Shown: positions 9,472-21,267 of the stretch, piece after piece | Position numbering within the stretch: the first letter of the stretch is position 1 | Layout: each line of letters begins with the position of its first letter | Origin: Opitutales bacterium | GTDB taxonomy: Bacteria; Verrucomicrobiota; Verrucomicrobiia; Opitutales; Coraliomargaritaceae | Direction: 5' to 3' | Assembly: GCA_030729385.1 (NCBI GenBank) | Contig: JANQXM010000029.1 | Span: 24,853-88,852, forward strand | DNA: 64,000 nt | Translations under genes and position numbers: made by a program | The notes under the pieces: generated by a model | The model's database searches: none | Told to the model about the DNA's origin: nothing | Seen by the model: only the letters and a program-made list of their open reading frames with translations

Positions 9472-9720
9472 CGAATGGCACTACCTTAAGACGAAATTAG
9501 GAGCTTATGTATTCAAGTATGTATATTCAACATTAAGCTTAAGGAGCCCGTGAGTCGTATGTTTTAGGTGGGGTGCTCTCGCCGAGAGCACCGTTCGCTG
9601 TTAGGATTAAATGCCGGAATCTTATGGATGGGTATCTGGCAGCGTCCGGCGAACGGTCGCCTCGGCGAGGCGACCCCACCTTTTCAAATACCCAAAGCCA
9701 TCTTAAGGTAGTGCCATTCG
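9472..9720 (+). mobile_element. MITE copy 1 (249 bp, 20-bp perfect TIR, 8-bp TSD GCGCGTCC)
   Basis: Identical to 39970-40218. TIR is CGAATGGCACTACCTTAAGA / TCTTAAGGTAGTGCCATTCG. Direct repeats GCGCGTCC at 9464-9471 and 9721-9728. Confidence 0.85.
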
Positions 9721-9756
9721 GCGCGTCCCTTAAATCTTGAATCGTTCAGCCGCTCG

Positions 9757-10848
9757 CTACTTCACTTCGTAGGGTTCGAGCTTAGCCCAATTAAACACGA
9801 CGCCTGTGCCAGGTGCATTTGGTGCGACCGCGCGGGCGTTGTCGACCACGAGTGGGCGCGTCGTGTATTCATCGATCGGGAAGCTGTGCACTTCGAGCCA
9901 GCCTGAGTCGGGTTGGCTAGAAAGTAGGCTAACATGTAGCTCTTGCATGCCATGTGTGCAAACAGTGACGCCGTGTTCATGTGCGAGCTTAGCGGCTGCG
10001 AGCCAACCAGTGACGCCACCACAGTTAGACGCATCGGGCTGGATATAACTAAGCTTTGACTGTTCCAATGCGTAGCCGAATTCGTGAATAGTATGGAGGT
10101 TTTCGCCCATAGCGAGCGGCACACCTGTGGCGTCCGCTATGGTGGCAAAGCCTTTATAGTCGTCGGGTATTGTGGGCTCCTCGAACCAGAGGATGTCATA
10201 TTCTGAAAATGCTTTGGCCGCTTCGATCGCTTGATCGACAGTGAGCGAGTAGTTGGCATCGACCATGAAAGTGATGTCTGGTCCGATTAGCTCACGCACT
10301 GCTTTGACGCGCTCGACATCTTCAGCAAGATTGGCGCGACCGACTTTGATTTTGACACCATTGAATCCAGCGGCGAGGTAGCCACGAATGTTGTTGAGCA
10401 ACTTCTCCAGTGGGAAGAGTAGGTCGATGCCGCCGCAATATGCCTTACAAGTATTGTCCGCTGCGCCAGCCATTTCCCAGAGTGGTTTTCCTGCCTTTTT
10501 GCAGCGAATGTCCCAGAGTGCGATGTCGATCGCGGATACTGCGAAGGCGGCGATGCCACCGCGCGCTACGTAGTGAACATGCCACTCCATGAAATCGTAG
10601 ATACCTTCGATGTCGTCACCGTCTTTACCGATGAGAACCGATTCGAAGTCGTGCTCGACCATGGCTTTGATTGAGTAGCCACCCTTGCCCCCAGTGTAAG
10701 TGTAGCCAGTGCCTTCGGTGCCGTCTTCGAGAGTGATGGTGACTGTAATGAGTTCAAAGTGGGTGTGGTCGCCGTGCTTTGCGTCGGTGAGGACTTCGGC
10801 GAGTGGCACTTCAAATAGGCGAGTGGAAATATTGGTAATCTTGTTCAT
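9757..10848 (-). CDS. enolase-superfamily (mandelate racemase/muconate lactonizing) enzyme, candidate 3,6-anhydrogalactonate cycloisomerase
   Basis: MR/MLE-type layout (VKIKVG, MVDAN, FEEP, GEN). Same operon as an AldA-like dehydrogenase. A GH117 elsewhere in the locus supplies the substrate. Confidence 0.7.
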   Translation of the reverse strand: MNKITNISTRLFEVPLAEVLTDAKHGDHTHFELITVTITLEDGTEGTGYTYTGGKGGYSIKAMVEHDFESVLIGKDGDDIEGIYDFMEWHVHYVARGGIAAFAVSAIDIALWDIRCKKAGKPLWEMAGAADNTCKAYCGGIDLLFPLEKLLNNIRGYLAAGFNGVKIKVGRANLAEDVERVKAVRELIGPDITFMVDANYSLTVDQAIEAAKAFSEYDILWFEEPTIPDDYKGFATIADATGVPLAMGENLHTIHEFGYALEQSKLSYIQPDASNCGGVTGWLAAAKLAHEHGVTVCTHGMQELHVSLLSSQPDSGWLEVHSFPIDEYTTRPLVVDNARAVAPNAPGTGVVFNWAKLEPYEVK

Positions 10849-10885
10849 AAATTAATCGGTTAATTCTAAATGGTTATTCTGCGAT

Positions 10886-12121
10886 CTATGGCTGGCGAGT
10901 CCATGCGCGGATATACTCGACTTGCATCTCAGTTGGGAAGCCGTCCGCTGTCGATTGCTCGGGGATCGGGAAGCGTTTGAATTGCTCATCCCATTCAATA
11001 TAGGGCGGGCGTAGACCGAGACTAAGCGAAAAGTTCATGGGCAAGTGCCAGTAGAGATTTTCCTGTTGGGCTACTTTTTTGCCGTCGATATACCATGTGA
11101 TTGTCTCAGGAGTTGTCTCCACTGCGTAGATGTGAAACTCGTCACGAGGATCCCAAGGAGCTTGCCATGAGTTGTCGCAGATCGATGGCTTTGTTTGATG
11201 ATTCATTGCCATCTTTTGTCCAAGCTCTTCATAGTGGCAGTTTAAATGAAGTCCTATATGGCTGACATCCGTGGTCGCCTGCAGCTTGGTTTTATACTCC
11301 GCAGTTTGCAGTCGCGCTAGATCGATCGAAGTGAATTCAACGTGCGGATATGCGGATGATCCTTCACTCGGGCGATTGTATAACCATGCAGCTGGGCTGA
11401 CTCCGGGGAATAGACTACAACCTTTGATTTTTGCCTCGAAATATCCGTAAGTCGTCGTGCCGTGGCTGATGACAATACCTAGTTTATAGAACTGCTCCAC
11501 GCCCCCAAATCCAATATGCGGTTCGTAGTTTGCACTGAGGTGTAACTTGCCGTCGGCTACCCATGTGTTGTCTTTGGACCATGATTGGTCGTCCCAAGGT
11601 TTTATGTCATAGTGCCACTTGCCGCCGTTGATATGCTCGCCCTCGAATTCGTCTGTAAGCATATCGATTGGTTGCCAAACGACACTTCTGTCAGGTTCAA
11701 GTAGAAAAGGTTTTGAGCGATCATTAGAATCTGTCGCGGGTAACTTAGTTTTTACCGCGATTGGCTTCTTTTCCACTGGAGGCTTCCCGAGATTGCGCAA
11801 ATAGGTCAATTGTGACGGCGTGATGTCGCCGCCATAGTGAGCGTCCCAGTCTTCTGCGAGTGAACGACTGGAGGCACTCAATTGATCCAACTCAATTTTA
11901 AAAATAGAGTTATCAGTTCGTCGTATAAACAAGGTATTCCCTTCGACATGCAGAATGCGTGCTTGAAGGCTATTACCCTGTGCATTCGTCAGTGTATGAT
12001 ACTCATCTTTTATTGGGGCTGTGTTCGTTGCACCTTCGCTTAGATTAGCAAGTAAAGGGGACGAACCATTCATGACGCATAGCATCGCAAGTATGAGTCC
12101 TGATAAACGGATGAGTTTCAT
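10886..12121 (-). CDS. secreted GH16-fold protein with an SHD1-like N-terminal domain and a non-canonical catalytic motif
   Basis: Signal peptide. GH16-like beta-jelly-roll landmarks (YGYFEAKIK, AAWLY, FHIYAVETTPETITWYIDG, VEYIRAW). VEFTSIDLA sits where ExDxxE is expected. Confidence 0.6.
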   Translation of the reverse strand: MKLIRLSGLILAMLCVMNGSSPLLANLSEGATNTAPIKDEYHTLTNAQGNSLQARILHVEGNTLFIRRTDNSIFKIELDQLSASSRSLAEDWDAHYGGDITPSQLTYLRNLGKPPVEKKPIAVKTKLPATDSNDRSKPFLLEPDRSVVWQPIDMLTDEFEGEHINGGKWHYDIKPWDDQSWSKDNTWVADGKLHLSANYEPHIGFGGVEQFYKLGIVISHGTTTYGYFEAKIKGCSLFPGVSPAAWLYNRPSEGSSAYPHVEFTSIDLARLQTAEYKTKLQATTDVSHIGLHLNCHYEELGQKMAMNHQTKPSICDNSWQAPWDPRDEFHIYAVETTPETITWYIDGKKVAQQENLYWHLPMNFSLSLGLRPPYIEWDEQFKRFPIPEQSTADGFPTEMQVEYIRAWTRQP

Positions 12122-12156
12122 AGGTCTGAAGATTAATGAATTGAACTGCGTTTTGA

Positions 12157-13620
12157 CTAGTTGAAGTTTACGTAGAAGGTCTTCTTCTCTAGGTATTGTT
12201 CGAAGCCGTATTTACCATCTTCGCCGCCGGTTCCGCTTAGCTTGTAGCCGTTGTGAAATCCCTGGTGTTGTTCGCCATGACCGCGGTTGACGTAGATTTC
12301 GCCGCACTCCAACTCGTCGTTGAGTCGTAGAATGTTTTGCATGTTTTGAGTGCAAACCATGGCAGCAAGGCCGTAGTCGCAATCGTTGGCGTAGCCGATG
12401 GCTTCCTCGATAGTTTTGAATTTGATGACGGGTAGAATCGGACCGAAGGTTTCCTCGTGCACGATGGTCATCTCCTGGGTGACTTCGGTTAGGATCGTTG
12501 GCTCGAACCAGTTGCCTTTCTCGAATTGCGCACCTTCTGGACGCTTGCCGCCATGGGCGAGGGTGGCGCCTTCTTCGAGGCTGACTTTGACTAGGTGCTC
12601 CATGTTGGCGAGTTCGCGCGCGTTGACCTTCGGTCCCATGTCACTGCTTTCGTCCATCGGATCGCCGACTTTGAGGGCTTTGACTTTGGTCATAAACTTT
12701 TCCATGAACGCGTCGTAGATAGTCTCTTGAACGTAGAGGCGTTCGTTGCAGGTGCAGACTTGGCCGCAGTTATCAAATCGGGAGTGGAGCGCTGCATCGA
12801 CTGCTATGTCTAAGTTGGCATCCTCCAATACGATGAAAGGAGCTTTGCCGCCGAGTTCGAGTTGGCAATGCGCCATGTTGTCCGCGGTCGCTTTAATGAT
12901 GGCCTGTCCGGCAGGCGTGCTTCCGGTCATCGTGACCATGTTAGTGATCGGATTGCGGCAAAGTGCGTCGCCCATTGTGCGTCCGGGACCGGTGACGATA
13001 TTGAGCACACCATCGGGAACGCCGGCTTTCTTAGCGAGCTCAGCGAGTTCGAGCGTTGCAAGTGGAGTTTCGGATGTTGGCTTCACTACGATCGTATTGC
13101 CAGCGACTAGGGCGGGACCGATCTTTCGCCCTGCGAGTGCGAGTGGGAAGTTCCATGCGGTGATGGCGACGACCACACCGCGCGGATTTTTATGGATCCA
13201 AATGTGCTCGTTTGGGTTGTCTGATTTTACCAAATCGCCATCCATACTTCGCGCCCACTCACAGGCATACTCGATGAATGAGCAAGTCACAGCCACTTCC
13301 ATACGGGCGACCTTGAGCAGTTTGCCTTGTTCACGCACGAGGAGCTCGGCGAGGCGCTCGCTGTTGGCTTTGATCTCTGCTACGAATGCGTAGAGAATCT
13401 CGGCACGTTTACGCGGTGGAAGTGCGCGCCATGCCGGTTGTGCCGCATTGGCAGCTTCGAGTGCGCGCTGTGCGTCGGTCTCGTCGCCGTCTTGAATGGT
13501 GGCAATGGTTTCATTAGTCGAGGGGCTGAGCACCTCGACGGTTTTACCGGTCGAGGCTTCAGTCCACTCGCCGTTGATGAATAGTTTGTAGTGCTGGGTA
13601 TTGGAGTTGTTTGTGCTCAT
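12157..13620 (-). CDS. NAD(P)+ aldehyde dehydrogenase, AldA-like; candidate 3,6-anhydrogalactose dehydrogenase
   Basis: Full-length ALDH with ELGGKAP and catalytic-Cys region GQVCTCNERLYV. Strong overall resemblance to lactaldehyde dehydrogenase AldA. Operon context with the cycloisomerase. Confidence 0.8.
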   Translation of the reverse strand: MSTNNSNTQHYKLFINGEWTEASTGKTVEVLSPSTNETIATIQDGDETDAQRALEAANAAQPAWRALPPRKRAEILYAFVAEIKANSERLAELLVREQGKLLKVARMEVAVTCSFIEYACEWARSMDGDLVKSDNPNEHIWIHKNPRGVVVAITAWNFPLALAGRKIGPALVAGNTIVVKPTSETPLATLELAELAKKAGVPDGVLNIVTGPGRTMGDALCRNPITNMVTMTGSTPAGQAIIKATADNMAHCQLELGGKAPFIVLEDANLDIAVDAALHSRFDNCGQVCTCNERLYVQETIYDAFMEKFMTKVKALKVGDPMDESSDMGPKVNARELANMEHLVKVSLEEGATLAHGGKRPEGAQFEKGNWFEPTILTEVTQEMTIVHEETFGPILPVIKFKTIEEAIGYANDCDYGLAAMVCTQNMQNILRLNDELECGEIYVNRGHGEQHQGFHNGYKLSGTGGEDGKYGFEQYLEKKTFYVNFN

Positions 13621-13638
13621 GATGTTGCTGTTTTAAGA

Positions 13639-16005
13639 TTATTCGAAGTCCCACATTTCAGGGAAGTAGCGATAGTAGCTCTTTCCGTAGGAGTTGGCTG
13701 AAGCGGTGACTTTCTCGTGCATTTCGCGGCAGTATTTCTTGGCTTCTACTTGGTCCCCAACGAGTAGGGTGTGGAAGTTCTCGGAAAGAACTGTGCCGTC
13801 GCTGCCGATCAACTTCATGTCGACTCGGAAGGTTTCATCCTGTTCGCCTTCGACTTTCCAGTTCACGTGCTGCACCTCAGTCGAGCTGTCGCCTTCAATG
13901 TCGACCTGGATGGATTCTTTCTGGCAAACTTCGCCTTTAGGGTTGGTGATGGTCCAACTCAGAGTGACGTCCTTGATGTCCTCGTGGAGGTCGTTGACGA
14001 GCCAGATCCCGGCTTGGAACTCTTTGCCTGGATTCCAGCGTCGTTTGCTGTATTCCAAGCTAACGAGCAGTGGTTGGTAGGCGCGTTTAACGTAATCGAA
14101 GGCGAGCTTCTTTTCACCGTAGTAGTCGATGATGCCCCATTTGATGTCGGGCATGTGTGTCATGAAGTGGCAAAGGGAAACGCAGCTCACGCGCGGTTTG
14201 CGGCGGCGGAAGTGCTCCAGCGCGAATTGAGCGATGATACCATGTGCAGTCTGTGTGCCTTCGACAAAGTCTTCCAGTGAATCGCAGCGTAGTTTGCCGA
14301 AAACTTCGACGTTGAGCACTTTAAGTATATCGATATCCGCCCAGTGGTAGCCCCAACTCGGTCCCATTGGCCAGAGTTCGTTTTCCGGAATGAATTTCTT
14401 CAGGCTCTCGACCGATGGTGAGGATGCGGCGGTTAGCTCGGGAATCACGCAGAAGTCGAGGCTGGGGTAGAACTCTTCCATCAGGGTGTGACCAGCGCCG
14501 TAATAATGCTCATTCGCATGAGTGGATTCCTTTGGCTTGTAGCCCAATTCCTGACCGAATGGTCCACTGAGCGGCGAGGCGTCAGCATAAGGAATATTGG
14601 TTACCTTGCGAACGGCTTCGCCGATGGTTTGCATGATGTATTTGTTGTCGCTCTCAACGTGAGCATTGGAGAAGTAAACTTCTTCGCCACCCATAAACAT
14701 AACTGCGCACGGGTGGTTGCGGCGTTGCTCGACAATTTGCACACACTCGTCGACAGCCGGCGAGAGGGCTTCGGGGGTAGCTTTATAGGCTTGAGTCGCG
14801 AAACAGAAGTTTGTCCACACTGTGATACCGAGTCGATTGCAGAGCTCGTAGAAGTGGGGGACCTCGGGCGGGTGCCAGCCGAAGATGCGGAGGTTGTTTA
14901 TGTTGGCTTCCTTGACCATGTTTAGGCGCAGATCGTATTTTTCATTTCGATTGCGACCATAGAGCATGGAGGGTGGACCGCTCCAGCAAGTCGAGCGCAG
15001 GAAGTGGCGCTTGCCATTGATCATGAACGTCCAGTCGTTCTCGACTTCCTCTTCGGTGAAGCCGGGATTACGTGTCATGGTGAGCTCTCGTATACCAAAG
15101 ACTTCGCTGTGGGTGTCCTGACCCTCGCCCTTGGCGCTAAGTTCTACTGTGAGTTCGTAGAGGTTCTGATCGCCCATATCCCAAGGCCACCAGAGTTGGG
15201 CATTCTTGACCGGGATTTCGACGCGCACTGTATTCGCTCCGTGAGCAACAGTCGCTGTCGCTTGATGGGTAATCGTGTCGGATGTGAAGTTCTCACCGCT
15301 CAGGCTGAACTCCAGGGAAATGTCCTGCCGGGAGTCGGCTTTGCTGTGAATTTCAACGTCGATCGAGACCACGGCATCGTCGCCATCGAGTTTCGACTCT
15401 ATACGCGTTTTCTTGATGCGTTGCTTGCCAGTGGCACGTATCTTAATTGGCTGCCAGATCCCGAGTGGGACGACGTCTGGCATATAGTCGCCGCCGAAAC
15501 AGAATTTGCGTCCCATCACATTGCGGTGGTTCCGCGGTGGCGGATCCATTTTGACCATGAGGATATTGCAACCCTGATACCATTTCTCGAAGCGTGCGAG
15601 ATGAGTGATATCAAACTCAAAGTGTGAGAACATGCCTTCGTGGCGCCCCAAGTAGGTGCCATTGACCCATGCTTCGCAGCCATAGTCGACGCCTTCGAAG
15701 CAGAGGCTGATCTGTTTACCTTTCAGTTCTTCAGGTGTGTCGAACTTGGTGATATACCACCATTCTAGCTCTTGCACCCACTTAGCACGTGCAAAGTTGC
15801 GACCAAAATAAGGGTCGTCGATTTCGCCAGCGCGCTGAAGGTCGGTATAGACGTCGCCGGGCACGCAGCCTTGGTTCCAACTGTAGAAGGTGCCTTGGTA
15901 TTCGGAGGCTAATTCATGGAAGCCTTCTTTGACGCCTTGTCCGGGGCGGATGCCTTGCATTTTCCAGTGGTTGCCACTGAGGTCGATTTCAATTCGTGAA
16001 TTCAT
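13639..16005 (-). CDS. GH2 family glycosidase (beta-galactosidase/beta-mannosidase-like), cytoplasmic
   Basis: GH2 N-terminal sugar-binding and TIM-barrel landmarks ([17 protein letters not shown]). Start moved to ATG 16005 ([11 protein letters not shown]), because the 29-codon upstream extension looks non-coding. Confidence 0.75.
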   Translation of the reverse strand: MNSRIEIDLSGNHWKMQGIRPGQGVKEGFHELASEYQGTFYSWNQGCVPGDVYTDLQRAGEIDDPYFGRNFARAKWVQELEWWYITKFDTPEELKGKQISLCFEGVDYGCEAWVNGTYLGRHEGMFSHFEFDITHLARFEKWYQGCNILMVKMDPPPRNHRNVMGRKFCFGGDYMPDVVPLGIWQPIKIRATGKQRIKKTRIESKLDGDDAVVSIDVEIHSKADSRQDISLEFSLSGENFTSDTITHQATATVAHGANTVRVEIPVKNAQLWWPWDMGDQNLYELTVELSAKGEGQDTHSEVFGIRELTMTRNPGFTEEEVENDWTFMINGKRHFLRSTCWSGPPSMLYGRNRNEKYDLRLNMVKEANINNLRIFGWHPPEVPHFYELCNRLGITVWTNFCFATQAYKATPEALSPAVDECVQIVEQRRNHPCAVMFMGGEEVYFSNAHVESDNKYIMQTIGEAVRKVTNIPYADASPLSGPFGQELGYKPKESTHANEHYYGAGHTLMEEFYPSLDFCVIPELTAASSPSVESLKKFIPENELWPMGPSWGYHWADIDILKVLNVEVFGKLRCDSLEDFVEGTQTAHGIIAQFALEHFRRRKPRVSCVSLCHFMTHMPDIKWGIIDYYGEKKLAFDYVKRAYQPLLVSLEYSKRRWNPGKEFQAGIWLVNDLHEDIKDVTLSWTITNPKGEVCQKESIQVDIEGDSSTEVQHVNWKVEGEQDETFRVDMKLIGSDGTVLSENFHTLLVGDQVEAKKYCREMHEKVTASANSYGKSYYRYFPEMWDFE

Positions 16006-16160
16006 ATAGAATGAGTTGATGGGGGCGGAGTTACTGATTAAATACCGTAACTTACATACTCCTGTTGATTCTAGTCGAGCAAAAAAAATCAATTAGAATG
16101 TAAGTATTGGTAGGATGTTTACCCTCGGGTGTTTTCGGAAGGTAAGCATATTTCTATCTT

Positions 16161-16175
16161 TGTATCTAAAGATAT
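16161..16175. promoter_or_regulatory. operator-like site TGTATCTAAAGATAT in the GH2/AraC divergent region
   Basis: The identical 15-mer recurs at 40386-40400. It contains TATCT-AA-AGATA inverted arms. A weaker copy lies at 52724-52737. Confidence 0.45.
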
Positions 16176-16223
16176 AGAATTTTATTGTCGACGGAGTGAG
16201 CTTGCTATGTATCTTTTGGTTTA

Positions 16224-17075
16224 ATGGATTTACCCCTAGAGCCTGAGATTTACCATTGGATAGATACACCGACCCCGCTCGGTGCGCTTAACTATGCCGG
16301 TGTGTTTGTCACTCAGGAGGACTGGGGCTTGCGGCATATGCGTAGTTTGGAGTTCTATTCTCTCGCGCTCATCGTCAGTGGCGGGGGTATTTATCGAGAT
16401 GAAACCGGTGTTGAGATTGAGGTTGGGGTGGGCGACTGTATTTTTGTTGAGCCAGGGTTTTCGCATCAGTATGGGTGCCAAAGCGGTGGAGATTGGCGCG
16501 AAATCTATGTTTGCTTTAGTGGCGCAGCCTTCGATCGTTGGGTCGAGCGTGCCCGATTGAATGATCGGCATGTATTTCACTTAGGTGGTGTAGATCTTTG
16601 GCTGCCGCGTTGGAAACGTATCACGAACAGTCGTCCGAGGAATTTTTCCGAAGCAGTAATTACTCTATCTGATATACATTTATTGATTAATCACATCGCA
16701 GTTGCGGATCGCGTTGACTGGAGTTTTGAAGAACAAATGGAGGCGAGTAAGCAACATTTACAATCTCTCCCCCCGGAGGAACAGCCTAACTGGGAACTAC
16801 TTGCGAAAGAATGCGGGTGTAGTTATGAGACCTGGCGTAAGGCTTTTGTGAAGCAATTTGAAATCTCGCCGACGCGTTATCGGCGGACTGCCTTGATGAG
16901 GCAAGCCGGGCGCATTATGACGCGATATACTTTGTCCAACGATGAGCTTGCATCCCAGTTTGGTTGTAGTGATGGTTTTCACTTCTCCAAGCTGTTCAAA
17001 TCAGTGATGGGAGTGACCCCTCAATTATACCGCAAACAAGTGATGACTTCCGTGGGGAATGATCTCACGAATTAA
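16224..17075 (+). CDS. AraC family transcriptional regulator (cupin sensor + HTH)
   Basis: N-terminal cupin-like domain. C-terminal AraC HTH ([19 protein letters not shown]...[20 protein letters not shown]). Confidence 0.85.
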   Translation: MDLPLEPEIYHWIDTPTPLGALNYAGVFVTQEDWGLRHMRSLEFYSLALIVSGGGIYRDETGVEIEVGVGDCIFVEPGFSHQYGCQSGGDWREIYVCFSGAAFDRWVERARLNDRHVFHLGGVDLWLPRWKRITNSRPRNFSEAVITLSDIHLLINHIAVADRVDWSFEEQMEASKQHLQSLPPEEQPNWELLAKECGCSYETWRKAFVKQFEISPTRYRRTALMRQAGRIMTRYTLSNDELASQFGCSDGFHFSKLFKSVMGVTPQLYRKQVMTSVGNDLTN

Positions 17076-17106
17076 ACTATAGAAACGTATCCGAGTCTTT
17101 TTTGTT

Positions 17107-18813
17107 ATGATGAATTACACGAGTAGAGTTATGGTTAAGCGATATCGCTTCATTGCACGGCTGAGTTTGTTTTGCACATGTGTGTTAAGTTTGTCGGCTG
17201 TAGAGCGTCCGAACATCGTTATTATCATGTCGGACGACTCTGGCTACACGGATCTCGGTTGCTATGGCGGCGAGATTGAGACACCGAATATTGATCGGCT
17301 TGCCAAAAACGGTATGCGTCTGACGAATTTCTATAGTAATGGTCGTTGCAGTCCGACACGCGCCTCGCTCTTGACTGGTCTTGAACCAGCAAAGGTTGGT
17401 TTTGGTGGTGGCTCGCTCGGAGACTGGAGCCGTGAAATGCCGCAGCCGGCACGTCGTGGGCGCTTATCTTATGAGGTGCCAACTGTGGCTGAGCTATTAC
17501 GCGATAACGGTTATCGCACGCTGATGTCTGGTAAATGGCATTTAGGTGGCAGTCTCATGAAGTTTAATAAGGGGGCTCAGCAAGTTTGGAAGAATAGCCA
17601 TGAGGGCTGGGAGCTGACAAAGGAAGAAATGGAAGCCGATTATTTGGCACTGCCAAGTCAACGAGGCTTTGACGAGTATTTTGGGATCTATAGTGCGCAG
17701 GACAGCTTCTTTTTTAAGCCCGGACAGAACCATCCGTTTATGGAAGGCAACGAGAGGGCAAAGTTGGATTATTCGCACAACTACACTGTGCATTGTTGGC
17801 CCTCTGAGCCGGGTTCTCGTTACAGTGAGAATCACGGTAAGAGTGGTGCCGTCTTTAGCGCCACCGATGGTGTGACTGATCGGGCAATTGAAATGATCGA
17901 GCAAGCATCCACAGATGAAGCTCCGTTCTTTCTCTATGTTTCCTATCGTGCGCCTCACCGTCCTTGGCAAGCACCAGAGGCACTGGTGCAAAAGTATCTG
18001 CCCAAGTATGAGAACCTTCGGGCAACTCAGCAGGCACGGGTAGATGCATTGAAAGCGGAAGGACTTTTCCCCGAAGATGGGGCTTATAAACCAAGTTGGA
18101 TTCCAAGTGATGTTGATACCTTCCGCCGTCAATTGGCTATTCACGCAGCAATGGTGGATAGTATTGATCAGAATGTTGGGCGCCTAATGGAGTCGCTGGT
18201 TAAAACCGATGAGTTGGATAATACGCTGATCCTTTACTTCTCGGATAATGGATCTGTTTCCACTCTAAATGAATACATGAATGCGCCTTTCCGCGGCAGC
18301 AAAGCGTTGGTTTGGGAGGGTGGCTTAAAGACCCACTGCGTCGCTTTTTGGAAAGGTCGAATTAAGCCTGCTACGATTCGAAATGATCAGGTGTGGGTGG
18401 GGGACTGGTTACCAACCGTGCTTGAACTGGCGGGTGCCGAGTATCCCAGTGAATTTCGCGGAAAGAAGATCGAGCCATTGGATGGGCGCAGCGTGTTGCC
18501 TTTGCTTGAGGGCGGTTCGGTCGACCCGCACGACGTGCTCTATTTCAACGACAAGGGCCAGCAAAGCGTGATCTATAAAGGGCGTTGGAAGTTGCTCATC
18601 GAGCCGGGGTGGTATCTGCAGACTAGCGAGAAGCCCGGAGTCGCTTATGAACTCTATGATTTAACGACCGACCCCTCTGAGTCGCGCAATCTCTCTAAGC
18701 AAAAGCCGGAGATGGTGCAGCAGTTGACACAAATTGCCGAAGGTCGCGAGCAGGCTCAAGGGATCGTTGACTACGAAGAAGTCATCAAAGTCCGTCCAAG
18801 AGACCCTTATTGA
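17107..18813 (+). CDS. S1 family sulfatase (Cys-type formylglycine)
   Basis: Signal peptide, [21 protein letters not shown], and C-terminal [14 protein letters not shown]. Confidence 0.9.
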   Translation: MMNYTSRVMVKRYRFIARLSLFCTCVLSLSAVERPNIVIIMSDDSGYTDLGCYGGEIETPNIDRLAKNGMRLTNFYSNGRCSPTRASLLTGLEPAKVGFGGGSLGDWSREMPQPARRGRLSYEVPTVAELLRDNGYRTLMSGKWHLGGSLMKFNKGAQQVWKNSHEGWELTKEEMEADYLALPSQRGFDEYFGIYSAQDSFFFKPGQNHPFMEGNERAKLDYSHNYTVHCWPSEPGSRYSENHGKSGAVFSATDGVTDRAIEMIEQASTDEAPFFLYVSYRAPHRPWQAPEALVQKYLPKYENLRATQQARVDALKAEGLFPEDGAYKPSWIPSDVDTFRRQLAIHAAMVDSIDQNVGRLMESLVKTDELDNTLILYFSDNGSVSTLNEYMNAPFRGSKALVWEGGLKTHCVAFWKGRIKPATIRNDQVWVGDWLPTVLELAGAEYPSEFRGKKIEPLDGRSVLPLLEGGSVDPHDVLYFNDKGQQSVIYKGRWKLLIEPGWYLQTSEKPGVAYELYDLTTDPSESRNLSKQKPEMVQQLTQIAEGREQAQGIVDYEEVIKVRPRDPY

Positions 18814-18876
18814 TACAGAGGCTTCTCGATAAACATTACAACTTACACACAACACGCGTTCTGCGCTTTTTGATTA

Positions 18877-21263
<2,387 letters not shown>

Positions 21264-21267
<4 letters not shown>

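Noticed and set aside
9230-9481. ORF 9230..9481 on the minus strand.
   Set aside because: It starts inside the MITE terminal repeat and runs antisense through the end of 8914..9420. It is an artefact of the element insertion.
9566-9681. Cloverleaf-like fold inside the MITE considered as a tRNA or tRNA-like gene.
   Set aside because: The hairpin loops are only 3 nt. There is no anticodon-type 7-nt loop, no T-loop or D-loop consensus and no CCA context, and the fold is symmetric on both strands. It is kept only as an unexplained structure in the findings.
12746-13393. Long antisense ORFs inside well-supported genes: 12746..13393, 15004..15627, 17542..18144, 25549..26193, 26832..27425, 36522..37145, 39017..39592, 43446..44153 and many shorter ones.
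   Set aside because: Each lies entirely within, and opposite to, a CDS with clear family motifs. Their translations are low-complexity (Arg/Ser/Pro/Ala-rich) with no recognisable motif. These are typical shadow ORFs of moderately GC-rich coding DNA.
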